Below, in pieces: positions 39,124-48,960 of a DNA stretch of 64,000 nucleotides (its first letter is position 1; the number at the start of each line of letters is the position of its first letter). Under the pieces are notes generated by a model that saw only the letters and a list, made by a program, of their open reading frames with translations, made no database searches and was not told the origin of the DNA. Made by a program: the position numbers and the translations under genes. Source of the stretch: Polyangiaceae bacterium (GTDB lineage Bacteria > Myxococcota_A > Polyangia > Polyangiales > Polyangiaceae); the NCBI GenBank assembly GCA_036500865.1, contig DASYBG010000008.1:73618-137617 (forward strand), read 5' to 3'.

Positions 39124-41019
39124 CTATTCCACGGTGACGGTCTTCGCGAGGTTGCGCGGCTGGTCGACGTCGGTCCCCTTGAGATCGGCCATCTCGTAGG
39201 CGAGGAGCTGGAGCGGGATCACCGTCAAGAGGGGAAGGACCTCGGGCTCGGCGCTCGGGATCTCGACGACGTCGGTGTCGGGAGGGGGCGGCAGGCTCCC
39301 GCGCCGGCTGCTTCGCGGAGCGTTGTCGGGCAAGAGGAGCGAGCGGACGTCGCGGTCGCCCTTCGTGCAAATCGCGATGAGCCGGCCTTCCCTGGCCTTC
39401 ACCTCTTGCATGTTGGAGAAGGTCTTCTCGTAGTGGGCGTCGTTCGGGCAAATCGCGACGACGGGCATGTCCTCGTCGATGAGCGCGATGGGCCCGTGCT
39501 TCATCTCGCCCGCCGCGTATCCCTCCGCGTGGATGTACGAGATCTCTTTCATCTTCAGCGCGCCCTCGAGGGCGATGGGATAGTTCGTGCCACGCCCGAG
39601 ATAGAGCATGTGGCTGCTCCGCATGTGCCGCTTGGCGAGGTAGCGGAGGTCGCCCGACTCTCCGAGGACCTCGCGCATCTGCTGCGGCACGCGGGTGAGC
39701 GCCTCGAGCACGCGGCGGGCTTGGTCTTGCGGCAGGGTGCCGCGCCGGCGACCGAGGTAGACCGAGAGAAGGAGCATCGCGACGAGCTGGGTCGTGAAGC
39801 ACTTCGTGGAGGCCACGCCGATCTCGGGGCCGGCGTGCGTGTAGAGCGCGGCGTCGCTCGCGCGCGGGATGGCGCTGTCGATGACGTTGGCCACGGCGAG
39901 CACGTGCGCGCCCTGGGCCTTGGCGGTGTTCACGGCGGCGAGCGTGTCGGCCGTCTCGCCGCTCTGGCTGACGGCGACGACGAGGTCGCCCGGCCCGAAG
40001 ACCGGGTCGCGGTAGCGGACCTCGCTGCCGATCTCGACGACGGCCGGCAACCGCGCGAGCTGCTCGACCCAGTAGCGCCCCGCCATCGCCGCGTGGGCGC
40101 TCGTCCCGCACGCGACGAAGTAGACGCGGCCGATCGCCGTCGCGAGACCCGGCGAGATGCCCATCTCTTCGCCGACGACGTCGCCCTCGACGAGATCGAT
40201 CCGCCCGCGCAAGGTGTCCTCGACGGCCCGGGGCTGCTCGTGGATCTCCTTGAGCATGAAGTGCTTGTAGCCACCCTTCTCGGCCTGGGTGGGCGACCAG
40301 TCGATGGTCTTGCTGGCGCGATCGACCGGGGCGCCGTCGAGCGTCGTGATCGCGATGGCGGTGCGCGTGAGGGTCGCGATCTCTCCGTCGTGCATGAAGA
40401 TGACGTCGCGCGTGTGGGCGAGGAGCGCCGGGACGTCGCTCGCGCAGAGCATCTCGCCGCCGTGGCCGATGCCGAGCACGAGCGGGCAGTGGCTCTTGCC
40501 GACGACGATCTCGTTCGGGAAGTCGGCTCCGAGGACGGCGATCGCGTACGCGCCGCGCACGCGGCCGAGGGCGGAGCGTACGGCGTCGACGAGGCGGGTT
40601 GCGCCGGCGCGGAGGGCTTGGTCGACGAGGTGAGCGACGATCTCGGTGTCGGTGTCGCTCGAGAAGCGGACGCCGCCCGCCTCGAGCTCGCGCCGCAAGG
40701 TGACGTGGTTTTCGATGATGCCGTTGTGGACGACGGCGACCTTGCCGGCGACGTGGGGGTGCGCGTTCACCTCGCTCGGGCGGCCGTGCGTCGCCCAGCG
40801 GGTGTGGCCGATGCCGGTCGTGCCGACGAGGGGGTTCTTCTTGAGGGCGGCCTCGAGGTTCGTGAGCTTGCCCACGGCCCGCACGATTTCGATGCCGCGG
40901 CCCCCCGCGTGGAGCGCCAGCCCGGCGGAGTCGTAGCCGCGGTACTCGAGGCGCCTCAGCCCCTCGACGAGGATGGGGGCGCAGTCCTTCGCGCCGACGT
41001 AGCCGACGATGCCGCACAT
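39124..41019 (-). CDS. glmS: glutamine--fructose-6-phosphate aminotransferase (isomerizing)
   Basis: ATG 41019: MCGIVGYVGAKDCAPILVEGLRRLEYRGYDSAGL (Ntn Cys2). Two SIS domains. C-terminus LAKTVTVE. Confidence 0.97.
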   Translation of the reverse strand: MCGIVGYVGAKDCAPILVEGLRRLEYRGYDSAGLALHAGGRGIEIVRAVGKLTNLEAALKKNPLVGTTGIGHTRWATHGRPSEVNAHPHVAGKVAVVHNGIIENHVTLRRELEAGGVRFSSDTDTEIVAHLVDQALRAGATRLVDAVRSALGRVRGAYAIAVLGADFPNEIVVGKSHCPLVLGIGHGGEMLCASDVPALLAHTRDVIFMHDGEIATLTRTAIAITTLDGAPVDRASKTIDWSPTQAEKGGYKHFMLKEIHEQPRAVEDTLRGRIDLVEGDVVGEEMGISPGLATAIGRVYFVACGTSAHAAMAGRYWVEQLARLPAVVEIGSEVRYRDPVFGPGDLVVAVSQSGETADTLAAVNTAKAQGAHVLAVANVIDSAIPRASDAALYTHAGPEIGVASTKCFTTQLVAMLLLSVYLGRRRGTLPQDQARRVLEALTRVPQQMREVLGESGDLRYLAKRHMRSSHMLYLGRGTNYPIALEGALKMKEISYIHAEGYAAGEMKHGPIALIDEDMPVVAICPNDAHYEKTFSNMQEVKAREGRLIAICTKGDRDVRSLLLPDNAPRSSRRGSLPPPPDTDVVEIPSAEPEVLPLLTVIPLQLLAYEMADLKGTDVDQPRNLAKTVTVE

Positions 41020-41107
41020 GTTGGACTCCCTGGGGGGGGTTGCTTCGACCCCTAGTGTAGCGGGCGCGGGGTTCGATGCAGATCGAATCGCCGCGGCGCA
41101 CGTCTGG

Positions 41108-42055
41108 ATGGGCATGCGCTCCACGATCCTCTCCTTTCTCGTCCTCGCCACCACCGCCGCGTGCAGCTCTCTCGGAGACGCCGCCCTCGCCGATTCCCCC
41201 CCCTCCTGGCCGGCCAGTCAGGCCTCGCCGGCCGCCCTTCGGTGGACCCCGCACGTCGAAGCCGTCGACGACGACGTCCATACGCTGCCGACCTTCTACC
41301 AAGGCGGCCGCCGATTCATCCTCGGGTCGATCGGGCAGCGTTACCGTTTAAAGGTCGTCAACCCCACCGGGTCTCGGGTCGAGGCCGTCGTCTCGGTGGA
41401 CGGGCTCGACGCCGTCGACGGCAAGCCGGCCAGCCTCGACAAGCGCGGCTATATCGTACCGGCCCACGGCGAGCTCACCATCGACGGATGGCGGACGTCG
41501 CTCGACTCGGTCGCGGCGTTCCGCTTCTCGTCGGTCCGCTCGTCGTACGCCGCCCGTACGGGCCACGATCGCAACGTCGGCGTCATCGGCGTCGCGTTCT
41601 TCCGCGAGCACGTCGTCGAGCCCGTGGAGGAGCCGGTTCCCGTCGGCCGCGAGCGCGACGACGAGATGGAAGCGCCCACGCCGCGCTCTTCCGCCGCGCC
41701 CGCCGCGCCGCCCGCGGACGCTCCCGCCACCAAGGGCGCCGCGGCGCCGGCGGCCGCCGAAGAGCGCTCGGACGCACCCGCCGCCTCGGCTCCCGCTCGA
41801 CGCTCCGCGGCCGCGGCGCGGCCCGGCCTCGGCACCGAGTTCGGAGAGGCCCACGCGTCGTCGGTCAGCGAGGTGACTTTCGAGCGGGCCGGCTCGTCGC
41901 CGGACATCGTGTCGGAGCTCCGCTACGACGATCGCGCGGGTCTCGAAGCGCGCGGGATCCGCACGACGCCGCGTCCTCTACGGGAAGAAGAGAACGCGCG
42001 GCGCGACCAAGCCGTCGCCTTCCCGGAGACGCGGTTCGCGCAGCCTCCGCGGTGA
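41108..42055 (+). CDS. hypothetical lipoprotein (315 aa)
   Basis: MGMRSTILSFLVLATTAAC (lipobox). A beta-rich block (RYRLKVVNPTGSRVEAVVSVDGLDAVDG...GELTIDGW) is followed by an Ala/Pro-rich region. The start could be 41114. Confidence 0.6.
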   Translation: MGMRSTILSFLVLATTAACSSLGDAALADSPPSWPASQASPAALRWTPHVEAVDDDVHTLPTFYQGGRRFILGSIGQRYRLKVVNPTGSRVEAVVSVDGLDAVDGKPASLDKRGYIVPAHGELTIDGWRTSLDSVAAFRFSSVRSSYAARTGHDRNVGVIGVAFFREHVVEPVEEPVPVGRERDDEMEAPTPRSSAAPAAPPADAPATKGAAAPAAAEERSDAPAASAPARRSAAAARPGLGTEFGEAHASSVSEVTFERAGSSPDIVSELRYDDRAGLEARGIRTTPRPLREEENARRDQAVAFPETRFAQPPR

Positions 42056-42069
42056 GGACGTGCCCGGCC

Positions 42070-43173
42070 TCAGAACGCGCGCCCGAGCTCGGCGACGATC
42101 CAGTCGCCTACGGCGCGCGTGCCGAGCGTCCCGCCCACGTCCGCGGTGCATTGCTTCTCGGCGACGGCGCGGGCGACGAGGTGCTCGAGGCGCCGCTCTT
42201 CTTCCGGCCAGCCGAGGTGCGCGAGCATCATGCCGACCGTGAGGACGCTCGCCAGCGGGTTCGCCGCGTCCTTGCCGGCGAGCTGCGGCGCGGAGCCGTG
42301 GACCGGCTCGAACATGGCGACGCGCGGGCCCGCGTGCGCCTCGTCGCAGCAGCCCGCGGTGGGCGGATGCACGTTGGCGCTAGCGGCCATGCCGAGTCCT
42401 CCCTGGAGGGCGGCCCCGAGATCGGTGGCGATGTCGCCGAACAAGTTGCACGTGACGACGACGTCGAACTGGCTCGGATCGAGGACGAGCTGGAGGCAAA
42501 ACGCGTCGATGTAGAGGTGCCGCGCCTCGATTTCGGGGAACTCGGCGGCGACGAGGAAGAACACGCGATGCCACAGCTCGTGGGCGTGCCTCATCGCGTT
42601 CGACTTGTCGGTCATGTGCACGCGCGAACGTCCGCGGGCGCGCGCGTACTCGAAGCCGGCGCGGATGAGGCGCTCGACGCCCTTGCGCGTGTTCACGTCT
42701 TCGCTGATCGCGATCTCGTCGCGCGTGCCGCGCTTGAACTGGCCTCCCATGCCGACGTAAATGCCCTCGGTGTTCTCCCGGAAGACGACGAGGTCGACGT
42801 CTTCCATGCCGAAGCGCCGGAGCGGCACGAGGCGGTCGTCGAGGGCGCGGATCGGCCGCACGTTGGCGTAGAGGTCGAGGCCGAAGCGAAGGCCGAAGAG
42901 GATGTCGCGCGCGTGCTCGAGGCCCGGCACGCGCGGATCCCCGAGGGCGCCGACGAGGACGGCGTTCGCCTCGTCTCGGATGCGCTCGTGCACCTCGCGC
43001 GGGTAGGTGGTCCCGTCGGACAGGTAACGGTCGGCGCCGAGGTCGAGGGACCAGAGGGTGAGCGGGAGGCCGCGGCGATCGCGGTAAACTTCGAGGACGC
43101 GTACGGCTTGGGCGATGACCTCGGGTCCGATCCCATCGCCGGGGATGATCGCGATGAGCTTCTGGGGCGTCAC
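42070..43173 (-). CDS. isocitrate/isopropylmalate dehydrogenase family oxidoreductase (tartrate dehydrogenase- or LeuB-like)
   Basis: GTG 43173: MTPQKLIAIIPGDGIGPEV...LYANVRPIR...NLFGDIATDLGAALQGGLGMAASAN. Confidence 0.85.
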   Translation of the reverse strand: MTPQKLIAIIPGDGIGPEVIAQAVRVLEVYRDRRGLPLTLWSLDLGADRYLSDGTTYPREVHERIRDEANAVLVGALGDPRVPGLEHARDILFGLRFGLDLYANVRPIRALDDRLVPLRRFGMEDVDLVVFRENTEGIYVGMGGQFKRGTRDEIAISEDVNTRKGVERLIRAGFEYARARGRSRVHMTDKSNAMRHAHELWHRVFFLVAAEFPEIEARHLYIDAFCLQLVLDPSQFDVVVTCNLFGDIATDLGAALQGGLGMAASANVHPPTAGCCDEAHAGPRVAMFEPVHGSAPQLAGKDAANPLASVLTVGMMLAHLGWPEEERRLEHLVARAVAEKQCTADVGGTLGTRAVGDWIVAELGRAF

Positions 43174-43288
43174 GGCGGCCTCCTCGTTCGTCGTTACGTA
43201 GGTATCGGCGTGTATGCCTGCGGCGCGCAGCAGCGCACAAGCCTCGGCCCCAATCTACCAGCCCTGACCGGGAGCGCTAAGATGTTGG

Positions 43289-44782
43289 ATGCAGAGCCGC
43301 GTCTGGGGCTGGCCGGGCGCGCTCGTGGCGCTCGGCGCGGGGATCGCCGTCGTCCCCGCGTGTGGATCGTCGGCGCGGTCGGGTGAAGACAGGGACGCGG
43401 GGGCGGACGCGGGTTCGAGCGGCTCGTCGAGCAGCTCCTCCGGCGGTTCTTCGAGCAGTTCTTCGAGCGGCGCCTCGAGTGGGACGGGACCCGCCGATGC
43501 GTCGGGCGGAGGGAGCTCGGACGCGGCCGACGCCGCGGGGGACACGGGACGCGCCGCGGCGGCCGATGCGGCGACGGCGGCGAAGGACGCGACGATGGGC
43601 GGGACGTGCTTGGGCGCGCCTCTCCTCGCGACCCTCGGCAAGACCGGCGTGATGGGCGGCCTCTCCACCTCGACCGACTCGACCGCCAGCGCCGCGCCGT
43701 TCGACATCCGCTACGAGTACATCTCGGGCGGCCTATTCGACGGGACCAGCCCGTGCGCTTCGTGCGCGACCGGGTGCACGTCGTCGGGCCACACGTGCGC
43801 GAACTCGGCGGGGCAGGGCGGCTGCGCGTGGTGGGGCTGCTTCCAATACGACATGGACCCGCCGGGCGACTTCGTCCGGGGCTTCGACACGACGGCGGCG
43901 GGCGCGTCGGAGATTCCGATGTTCACGTATTACGAGATCTTGCAGACCGCGCTCGCGGCGTTCTCCGGTTTCCAGGAGGGGCAGGCGGAGGCGACGCAGG
44001 CCGCGACGAGCATGCCGCTCATGACGCGATACTTCGCCGACTGGCGCTTCTTGCTGCAGCAAATCGGGCAGAGCCGCGCCATCCTCCATATCGAGCCGGA
44101 CTTCTGGGGATACGCCGAGCAGGCCGGCGCTTCGCCGACCGCCCTCCCCGCCTCGGTCGCGAGCGCGGACCCGACCGACTGCGGCTCGATGCCGGAGACG
44201 ATCGCGGGGATGGGGAAATGCATGATAGCGATGGCGCGCAAGTACGCGCCGAACGCGATCGTGGGGCTGCACGCGTCGGCGTGGGCGTCGAACGTCGACG
44301 TCGCGCTCAACACGGACGCGTCGCTCGACGTGGCGGGTGAGGCGAACAAGGTGGCCACGTTCCTCGCGGCGGCCGGCGAGTCGGACGCCGACGTGGTCAT
44401 CGTGGAGGCGAGCGACCGCGACGCGGGGTACTACCAGTCGACGGGGCGAAACACGTGGTGGGACGCGACGAACGCGACGTTGCCGGACTTCCACCAGGAC
44501 TTCGCGTGGGTGAAGGCCCTGACCGAGGCGCTCGGCAAGCCCGCGCTCTACTGGCAGCTCCCCGTCGGGAACGCCAACCAGAACAACACGACGAACCACT
44601 GGCAGGACAACCGGGTCGACTACTTCTTCGGCCATACCGGCGAGCTCGCAGCGGCCCATGTCGTCGGGATGGCGTTCGGCGCGGGCGCCGGCGATCAGAC
44701 GACGCCGGACACCGATGGAGACAACCTCGTCTCGAAGATGAACGCCTACGCGTCGGCACCCGCGCAGCCGTTCTGTCCGTAG
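43289..44782 (+). CDS. secreted lipoprotein with Ser-rich linker and possible glycoside-hydrolase-like domain
   Basis: Lipobox IAVVPAC and an S/G tract (nt 43412-43483). The large domain has ILHIEPDFWGYAEQ, VGLHASAWAS, VIVEASDRDAGYY. Assignment to a TIM-barrel hydrolase is a guess. Confidence 0.55.
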   Translation: MQSRVWGWPGALVALGAGIAVVPACGSSARSGEDRDAGADAGSSGSSSSSSGGSSSSSSSGASSGTGPADASGGGSSDAADAAGDTGRAAAADAATAAKDATMGGTCLGAPLLATLGKTGVMGGLSTSTDSTASAAPFDIRYEYISGGLFDGTSPCASCATGCTSSGHTCANSAGQGGCAWWGCFQYDMDPPGDFVRGFDTTAAGASEIPMFTYYEILQTALAAFSGFQEGQAEATQAATSMPLMTRYFADWRFLLQQIGQSRAILHIEPDFWGYAEQAGASPTALPASVASADPTDCGSMPETIAGMGKCMIAMARKYAPNAIVGLHASAWASNVDVALNTDASLDVAGEANKVATFLAAAGESDADVVIVEASDRDAGYYQSTGRNTWWDATNATLPDFHQDFAWVKALTEALGKPALYWQLPVGNANQNNTTNHWQDNRVDYFFGHTGELAAAHVVGMAFGAGAGDQTTPDTDGDNLVSKMNAYASAPAQPFCP

Positions 44783-44811
44783 GGGCGTGCGCTCCCACGG
44801 ACGCGCGCCGA

Positions 44812-45930
44812 TCAGAGGAGCTGCGCGGCGGGGAGGTACTCGAGCCCGTGGGCTTGGGCGACGGGCAAGCAGGTGACGTGGCCGCGGTGGGCGTTCAGAC
44901 CCGAGAGGAGCGCCGGGTCGCTCCGCGCGGCGTCGGCGAGGCCGAGGTCGGCGATCTTGACGGCGTAGGGGATGGTCACGTTGGTCAGCGCCCAGGTGCT
45001 GGTCTGCGGCACCGCGCCGGGCATGTTGGGCACGCAGTAGTGCACGACGCCGTCGACCTCGTAGGTCGGGTGGTCGTGGTTGGTCGGCCGGCAGGTCTCG
45101 ATGCAACCGCCCTGATCGACCGCCACGTCGACGATGACGCTGCCTCGCTCCATCTTCGCGACGAGGCGCTCGTTCACGAGCTTCGGCGCCGCCGCGCCGG
45201 TGACGAGCACCGCTCCGATCACGAGGTCGGCGCGGGCCACCACGTCTTCGATGTTCGTGGGGTTCGAATAGAGCGTCTCGACGGCGCCGCCGAAGACGTC
45301 TTCGAGGTAGGCCATCGTGTCGGCGCGGACGTCGAGCACCGTGACCTGCGCGGCCATCCCGATCGCGATGGTCGCCGCGTTGCGGCCGACGACGCCGCCC
45401 CCCAAGATGACGACCCGCCCGCGCCTCGTCCCGGGGACGCCGCCGAGGAGCACGCCCTTGCCGCCGCGCTCCTTCTCGAGGCAGGTCGCGCCGACCTGCA
45501 CCGCCATCCGGCCGGCGACTTCGCTCATGGGGCGAAGCAGGGGGAGCGCGCCGTCCTCCGTCTGGATGGTCTCGTAGGCGACGGCCGTGACGCCGTTCTG
45601 GACGAGCTTCTTCGTGAGGACCGGCTCCGCGGCGAGGTGCAGGTACGTATAGAGGACGAGGTCTTTGCGGAGGAATCCGTACTCGCGCTCGAGCGGCTCC
45701 TTGACCTTGACGACCATCTGCGCGGCCCACGCGTCGGCCGCGGCCGGGACGATGGTGGCGCCCTGGACGGCGTAGTCTTCGTCGTGGATGCCGCTGCCCT
45801 CGCCGGCGCCTCGCTCGACCAACACGGAGTGGCCGTGAGAGACGAGGGTGCGAACGCCCGCCGGGGTCATCCCGACTCTGTACTCGCGGTTCTTGATCTC
45901 CTTGGGGACGCCTACGATCACGCGCTCCAC
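44812..45930 (-). CDS. ald: alanine dehydrogenase
   Basis: (V)[22 protein letters not shown]; NAD site [13 protein letters not shown] start at 45930 or 45921. Confidence 0.95.
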   Translation of the reverse strand: MERVIVGVPKEIKNREYRVGMTPAGVRTLVSHGHSVLVERGAGEGSGIHDEDYAVQGATIVPAAADAWAAQMVVKVKEPLEREYGFLRKDLVLYTYLHLAAEPVLTKKLVQNGVTAVAYETIQTEDGALPLLRPMSEVAGRMAVQVGATCLEKERGGKGVLLGGVPGTRRGRVVILGGGVVGRNAATIAIGMAAQVTVLDVRADTMAYLEDVFGGAVETLYSNPTNIEDVVARADLVIGAVLVTGAAAPKLVNERLVAKMERGSVIVDVAVDQGGCIETCRPTNHDHPTYEVDGVVHYCVPNMPGAVPQTSTWALTNVTIPYAVKIADLGLADAARSDPALLSGLNAHRGHVTCLPVAQAHGLEYLPAAQLL

Positions 45931-46036
45931 CCTTTCGGGGCCGAGGAGGCCCTTTTTCGAAGATAGCAGGGCGGCGCCCGGCGCCCTCTTCTCTCGTTCG
46001 CGTCCCTTCGGCCCATGGTATCCGGCGACTCAAGGC

Positions 46037-47125
46037 ATGTACTCCGCGCTCCGGTCGCTCCTCTTTTTGCTTCCGCCTTCGGCCGCGCACTCGCTGGCGT
46101 TCGCCGCACTGGCGCCCGTCGAGGAGATCGGCGCGCTCCGCTCTCTCGCGAGCGCCGCGTGGACGCCGCCACGCGACGAGCGCCTGGTCGTCCGCGTCAT
46201 GGGGCTCGAAGCGCCGAACCCGCTCGGCATCGCGGCCGGCTTCGACAAGAACGCCCGTCGACCCGGCGCGCTCGCGGCGCTCGGCTTCGGCCACCTCGAG
46301 CTCGGCACGGTGACGGCACGCCCCCAAGAGCCCAACCCGCCGCCGAACCTCTTCCGGCTCGAGGCGGACCGCGCGCTCGTCAACCGCCTGGGGTTTCCCA
46401 ACGAGGGCGCCGAGCGGGTGGCGGCGCGCCTCCGTACGGCGCGTCCGGCGGCGCGTGTTCCCGTGGGCGTCTCGATCGGAAAGTCGCGGGTCGTCCCGGT
46501 CGAGGACCTCGACGCGGTCGTGGCCGATCACGCGGCGTCGCTCGCGGCGGTGCGCGAGGCGGCGGACTTCGTCGTCGTGAACGTGTCGTCGCCGAACACG
46601 GTGGGGCTCCGGTCGATGCAGCGCAAGGAGCACGCGCGGGTCCTTCTCGGCGAGCTCGCCGCGCGCGCTGGAGGGACGCCGCTCCTCGTGAAGCTCGCGC
46701 CCGATCTCGACGACGCGCAGCTCGAAGAAGTCCTGGCGGTGGCCGAGGAGGTAAAGCTCGCCGGGGTGGTCGCGACCAACACGACCGTGTCGCGGAGCGG
46801 CCTCGCGACCGACGCGCGGGTCGTGGCGTCCATCGGCGCCGGAGGGCTGAGCGGGCCGCCCCTCCGCGCGCGGGCGCTCGAGGTGGTGCGGCGCGTGCGC
46901 GTGCGGCTGGGTCCCGCGCCGGTCGTGATCGGCGTGGGCGGCGTCGAGGGGCCCGAGGACGCGATGGCGCTGGTGCGCGCGGGCGCGAACCTCGTGCAGA
47001 TGTACACCGGATTCATCTACGGGGGTCCGGGCGCGCCGGGGCGCATCGTGCGTGGCATGGCGGCCGCGCTCGACCGGGACGGCGTGAAATCGATCGCGGA
47101 GCTGGTGGGCGTCGACGTGCGCTAG
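46037..47125 (+). CDS. pyrD: dihydroorotate dehydrogenase (quinone), class 2
   Basis: ATG 46037 (MYSALRSLLFLLPP). Motifs: GIAAGFDKN, RLGFPNEG, NVSSPNTVGLR. Confidence 0.95.
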   Translation: MYSALRSLLFLLPPSAAHSLAFAALAPVEEIGALRSLASAAWTPPRDERLVVRVMGLEAPNPLGIAAGFDKNARRPGALAALGFGHLELGTVTARPQEPNPPPNLFRLEADRALVNRLGFPNEGAERVAARLRTARPAARVPVGVSIGKSRVVPVEDLDAVVADHAASLAAVREAADFVVVNVSSPNTVGLRSMQRKEHARVLLGELAARAGGTPLLVKLAPDLDDAQLEEVLAVAEEVKLAGVVATNTTVSRSGLATDARVVASIGAGGLSGPPLRARALEVVRRVRVRLGPAPVVIGVGGVEGPEDAMALVRAGANLVQMYTGFIYGGPGAPGRIVRGMAAALDRDGVKSIAELVGVDVR

Positions 47126-47139
47126 GGTCCAGGCGGCGT

Positions 47140-48960
47140 TCAGTCGGGACTGCCGACGCGGGCGATGCGGAGGTTGCGGACGAGGCTCCGGTCGGCGGAT
47201 GCAGGCGCGCGCAGGCCGATCGAGAGCCGCGTCGTGCCGTCGACGCCGTCCGGGCAGGTCCCGCTGGCGCCGCCCGCGATCGCCCACGTGACCGAGGGGC
47301 CCTGCCGCCCGACGTGCAGGGAAGACGTCCCCGACGTGATCGCGCCCGGGCAGGTCGTACCGCCGACCTCGAGCTCGTCGCCCATCGCGTCGCGCAGGAC
47401 GACGAGCGCCGGTTCTCCCGTCGGAGAGTCGACGTCGATGGTCGCGTCGCCGTAGGTGCGATCGCTGACGAAGGCGCTCGCGCCGGGGCCCATCGCGAGG
47501 CCGCTCGACGGGTCGAAGGAGAGGACGCCCGGCGAGGGGAGCCGGTCGGGCGCCATGTCGGACGTGTCGCCCCTCAGGAGCGGGCCCGCGAGCGGCGAGT
47601 AGACGCCGCGGACGTCGAAGCGCAAACCCACGAGCGCGGGTCCGCTCGCGTCGAGCCAGAAGGCGAGGCCCGGGTCGGGGGAACACGTGGCCGTCGCGAC
47701 GCGGGCGGGAGCGTCGTCGAGGACGCTCAACGCCCCGAAGGACCCGAGCCACGGCTGCCATTGCAACCAGCGGTCTCCCGTCCAGAGCACCGGCGCGCCC
47801 CCCGCTCCGCCGAAGAGTGCCGGCGCCGTGAGCGCCCCCGCGATGGGCGTCGCTGCGTCGAGGGCGCCGTCGGCGCCGATGACCCACACGCTCTGGAAGG
47901 TCGCGGCCGCGTCCTGCGGAGGGGCGATCACCGCGAGTGCGCCGCCTCCGACGAGCGGCATGAAGGCCATCGACGAGGACGTGACGAGGTCGCGCGCGCG
48001 CTTGGTCGCGTGGCTCGCGTCCGCCGCGAACCACTCGAGCGTCGCGACGGGGTCGCCCGACGCGTCGAACCCTCCGGCGACGAGCACTTCGCCGGAGGCG
48101 AGCCGGATGACGCTCGGCGCGCGGCGGGGGATCGCGAGCTGCGCGACCTGCTCGGTGCGCACCGTACGCGTCACCGGGTCGACGATCTCCATCGAGGCGA
48201 GGGGCGTCGCGAGGTCCTCGCCGACTCCGCCGACGAGGAGCGTCTCGCCGGTGGCCAGCACGACGGCGCCGGGGTCGGCCCTCGGGTCGCCGATCTGGAT
48301 GGGCCGCTGCTGGTCGAAGCCGGAGAGCGCGGGCGAGTAGACCTCCGCCGTGGCGAGCGTCTTGCCGTCGTCGCCCACGCCGCCCGCGACGAGCGCTCCG
48401 TCTGCGAAGGCGGTGACGCTGGCGCGCGTGCGCTGCGTGAGCAGGCCGGTCGTCACCGGAGCGACGGCGCCGGTCGATAGGTCGGCTACGAAGGTGCGCG
48501 GCGTCGGGTTGCCCTCGCCGCCGACGACGAGCACGCGCTCGTTCTCCATGGGCGCGAGCGCGGCTCCGACGCGCGCGTCGACCGGCGTCGACAGCGCGCA
48601 CGACGCCAGCGTCGGCAAGAGAAGGAGGTCCACGCCTCCGGACGGGGCGACGCTGGTAGTTCCCTCCCACGCCTCGTCCGATTCTCCCGCCGTGACGACG
48701 AGCGCGCGCGACGCCGGCGCGATCTCGGGCAGCGGGTCGCCGACGTCGGCGAGGACGTGGCCTTTGGCGGGAAGCGCCGGCTCGAAGTCGCCGTACGCGA
48801 AGTACTCGCCGTAGGCGCCGTCACCGGCGGCGCACGCGACGGGCACGTGCAGGGTGACCGCGCGCGTCGTCACGTCGGGGGTCTTGCCGCAGGCCGCACC
48901 GCTGGCGGACAAGAGGGCGAGCCCCGCGGCGACGTTAGCCGCGCTTGACGTTCGCGACAC
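47140..48960 (-). CDS. Kelch-repeat beta-propeller lipoprotein/secreted protein (606 aa)
   Basis: N-terminus SRTSSAANVAAGLALLSASGAAC. Repeated GG...EVY/EIV blades: ERVLVVGGEGNP, GALVAGGVGDDGKTLATAEVYSP, GETLLVGGVGEDLATPLASMEIVDP, GEVLVAGGFDASGDPVATLEWF. The GTG start at 48960 overlaps the upstream gene by 26 nt. Confidence 0.7.
   Translation of the reverse strand: MSRTSSAANVAAGLALLSASGAACGKTPDVTTRAVTLHVPVACAAGDGAYGEYFAYGDFEPALPAKGHVLADVGDPLPEIAPASRALVVTAGESDEAWEGTTSVAPSGGVDLLLLPTLASCALSTPVDARVGAALAPMENERVLVVGGEGNPTPRTFVADLSTGAVAPVTTGLLTQRTRASVTAFADGALVAGGVGDDGKTLATAEVYSPALSGFDQQRPIQIGDPRADPGAVVLATGETLLVGGVGEDLATPLASMEIVDPVTRTVRTEQVAQLAIPRRAPSVIRLASGEVLVAGGFDASGDPVATLEWFAADASHATKRARDLVTSSSMAFMPLVGGGALAVIAPPQDAAATFQSVWVIGADGALDAATPIAGALTAPALFGGAGGAPVLWTGDRWLQWQPWLGSFGALSVLDDAPARVATATCSPDPGLAFWLDASGPALVGLRFDVRGVYSPLAGPLLRGDTSDMAPDRLPSPGVLSFDPSSGLAMGPGASAFVSDRTYGDATIDVDSPTGEPALVVLRDAMGDELEVGGTTCPGAITSGTSSLHVGRQGPSVTWAIAGGASGTCPDGVDGTTRLSIGLRAPASADRSLVRNLRIARVGSPD

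Noticed and set aside
41020-41107. A glmS ribozyme or other riboswitch upstream of glmS.
   Set aside because: Only 88 nt separate glmS from the divergent lipoprotein gene, and no conserved glmS-ribozyme core is visible. That ribozyme is characteristic of Firmicutes-type lineages.
36350-41302. 1650-aa ORF on the minus strand, and similar giants: 43733..48670 (1645 aa), 24875..28840 (1321 aa), 7314..10448 (1044 aa), 26248..29289 (1013 aa), 52822..55704 (960 aa).
   Set aside because: The translations are Arg/Pro/Gly/Ala-rich low-complexity strings with no motifs. They overlap well-supported genes (glmS, ald, pyrD, feoB and others) in other frames or on the opposite strand. This is typical stop-codon-poor shadow framing in roughly 70% GC DNA. 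Only the 3' end of 36350..41302 (the permease) and of 26248..29289 (feoA) is real.
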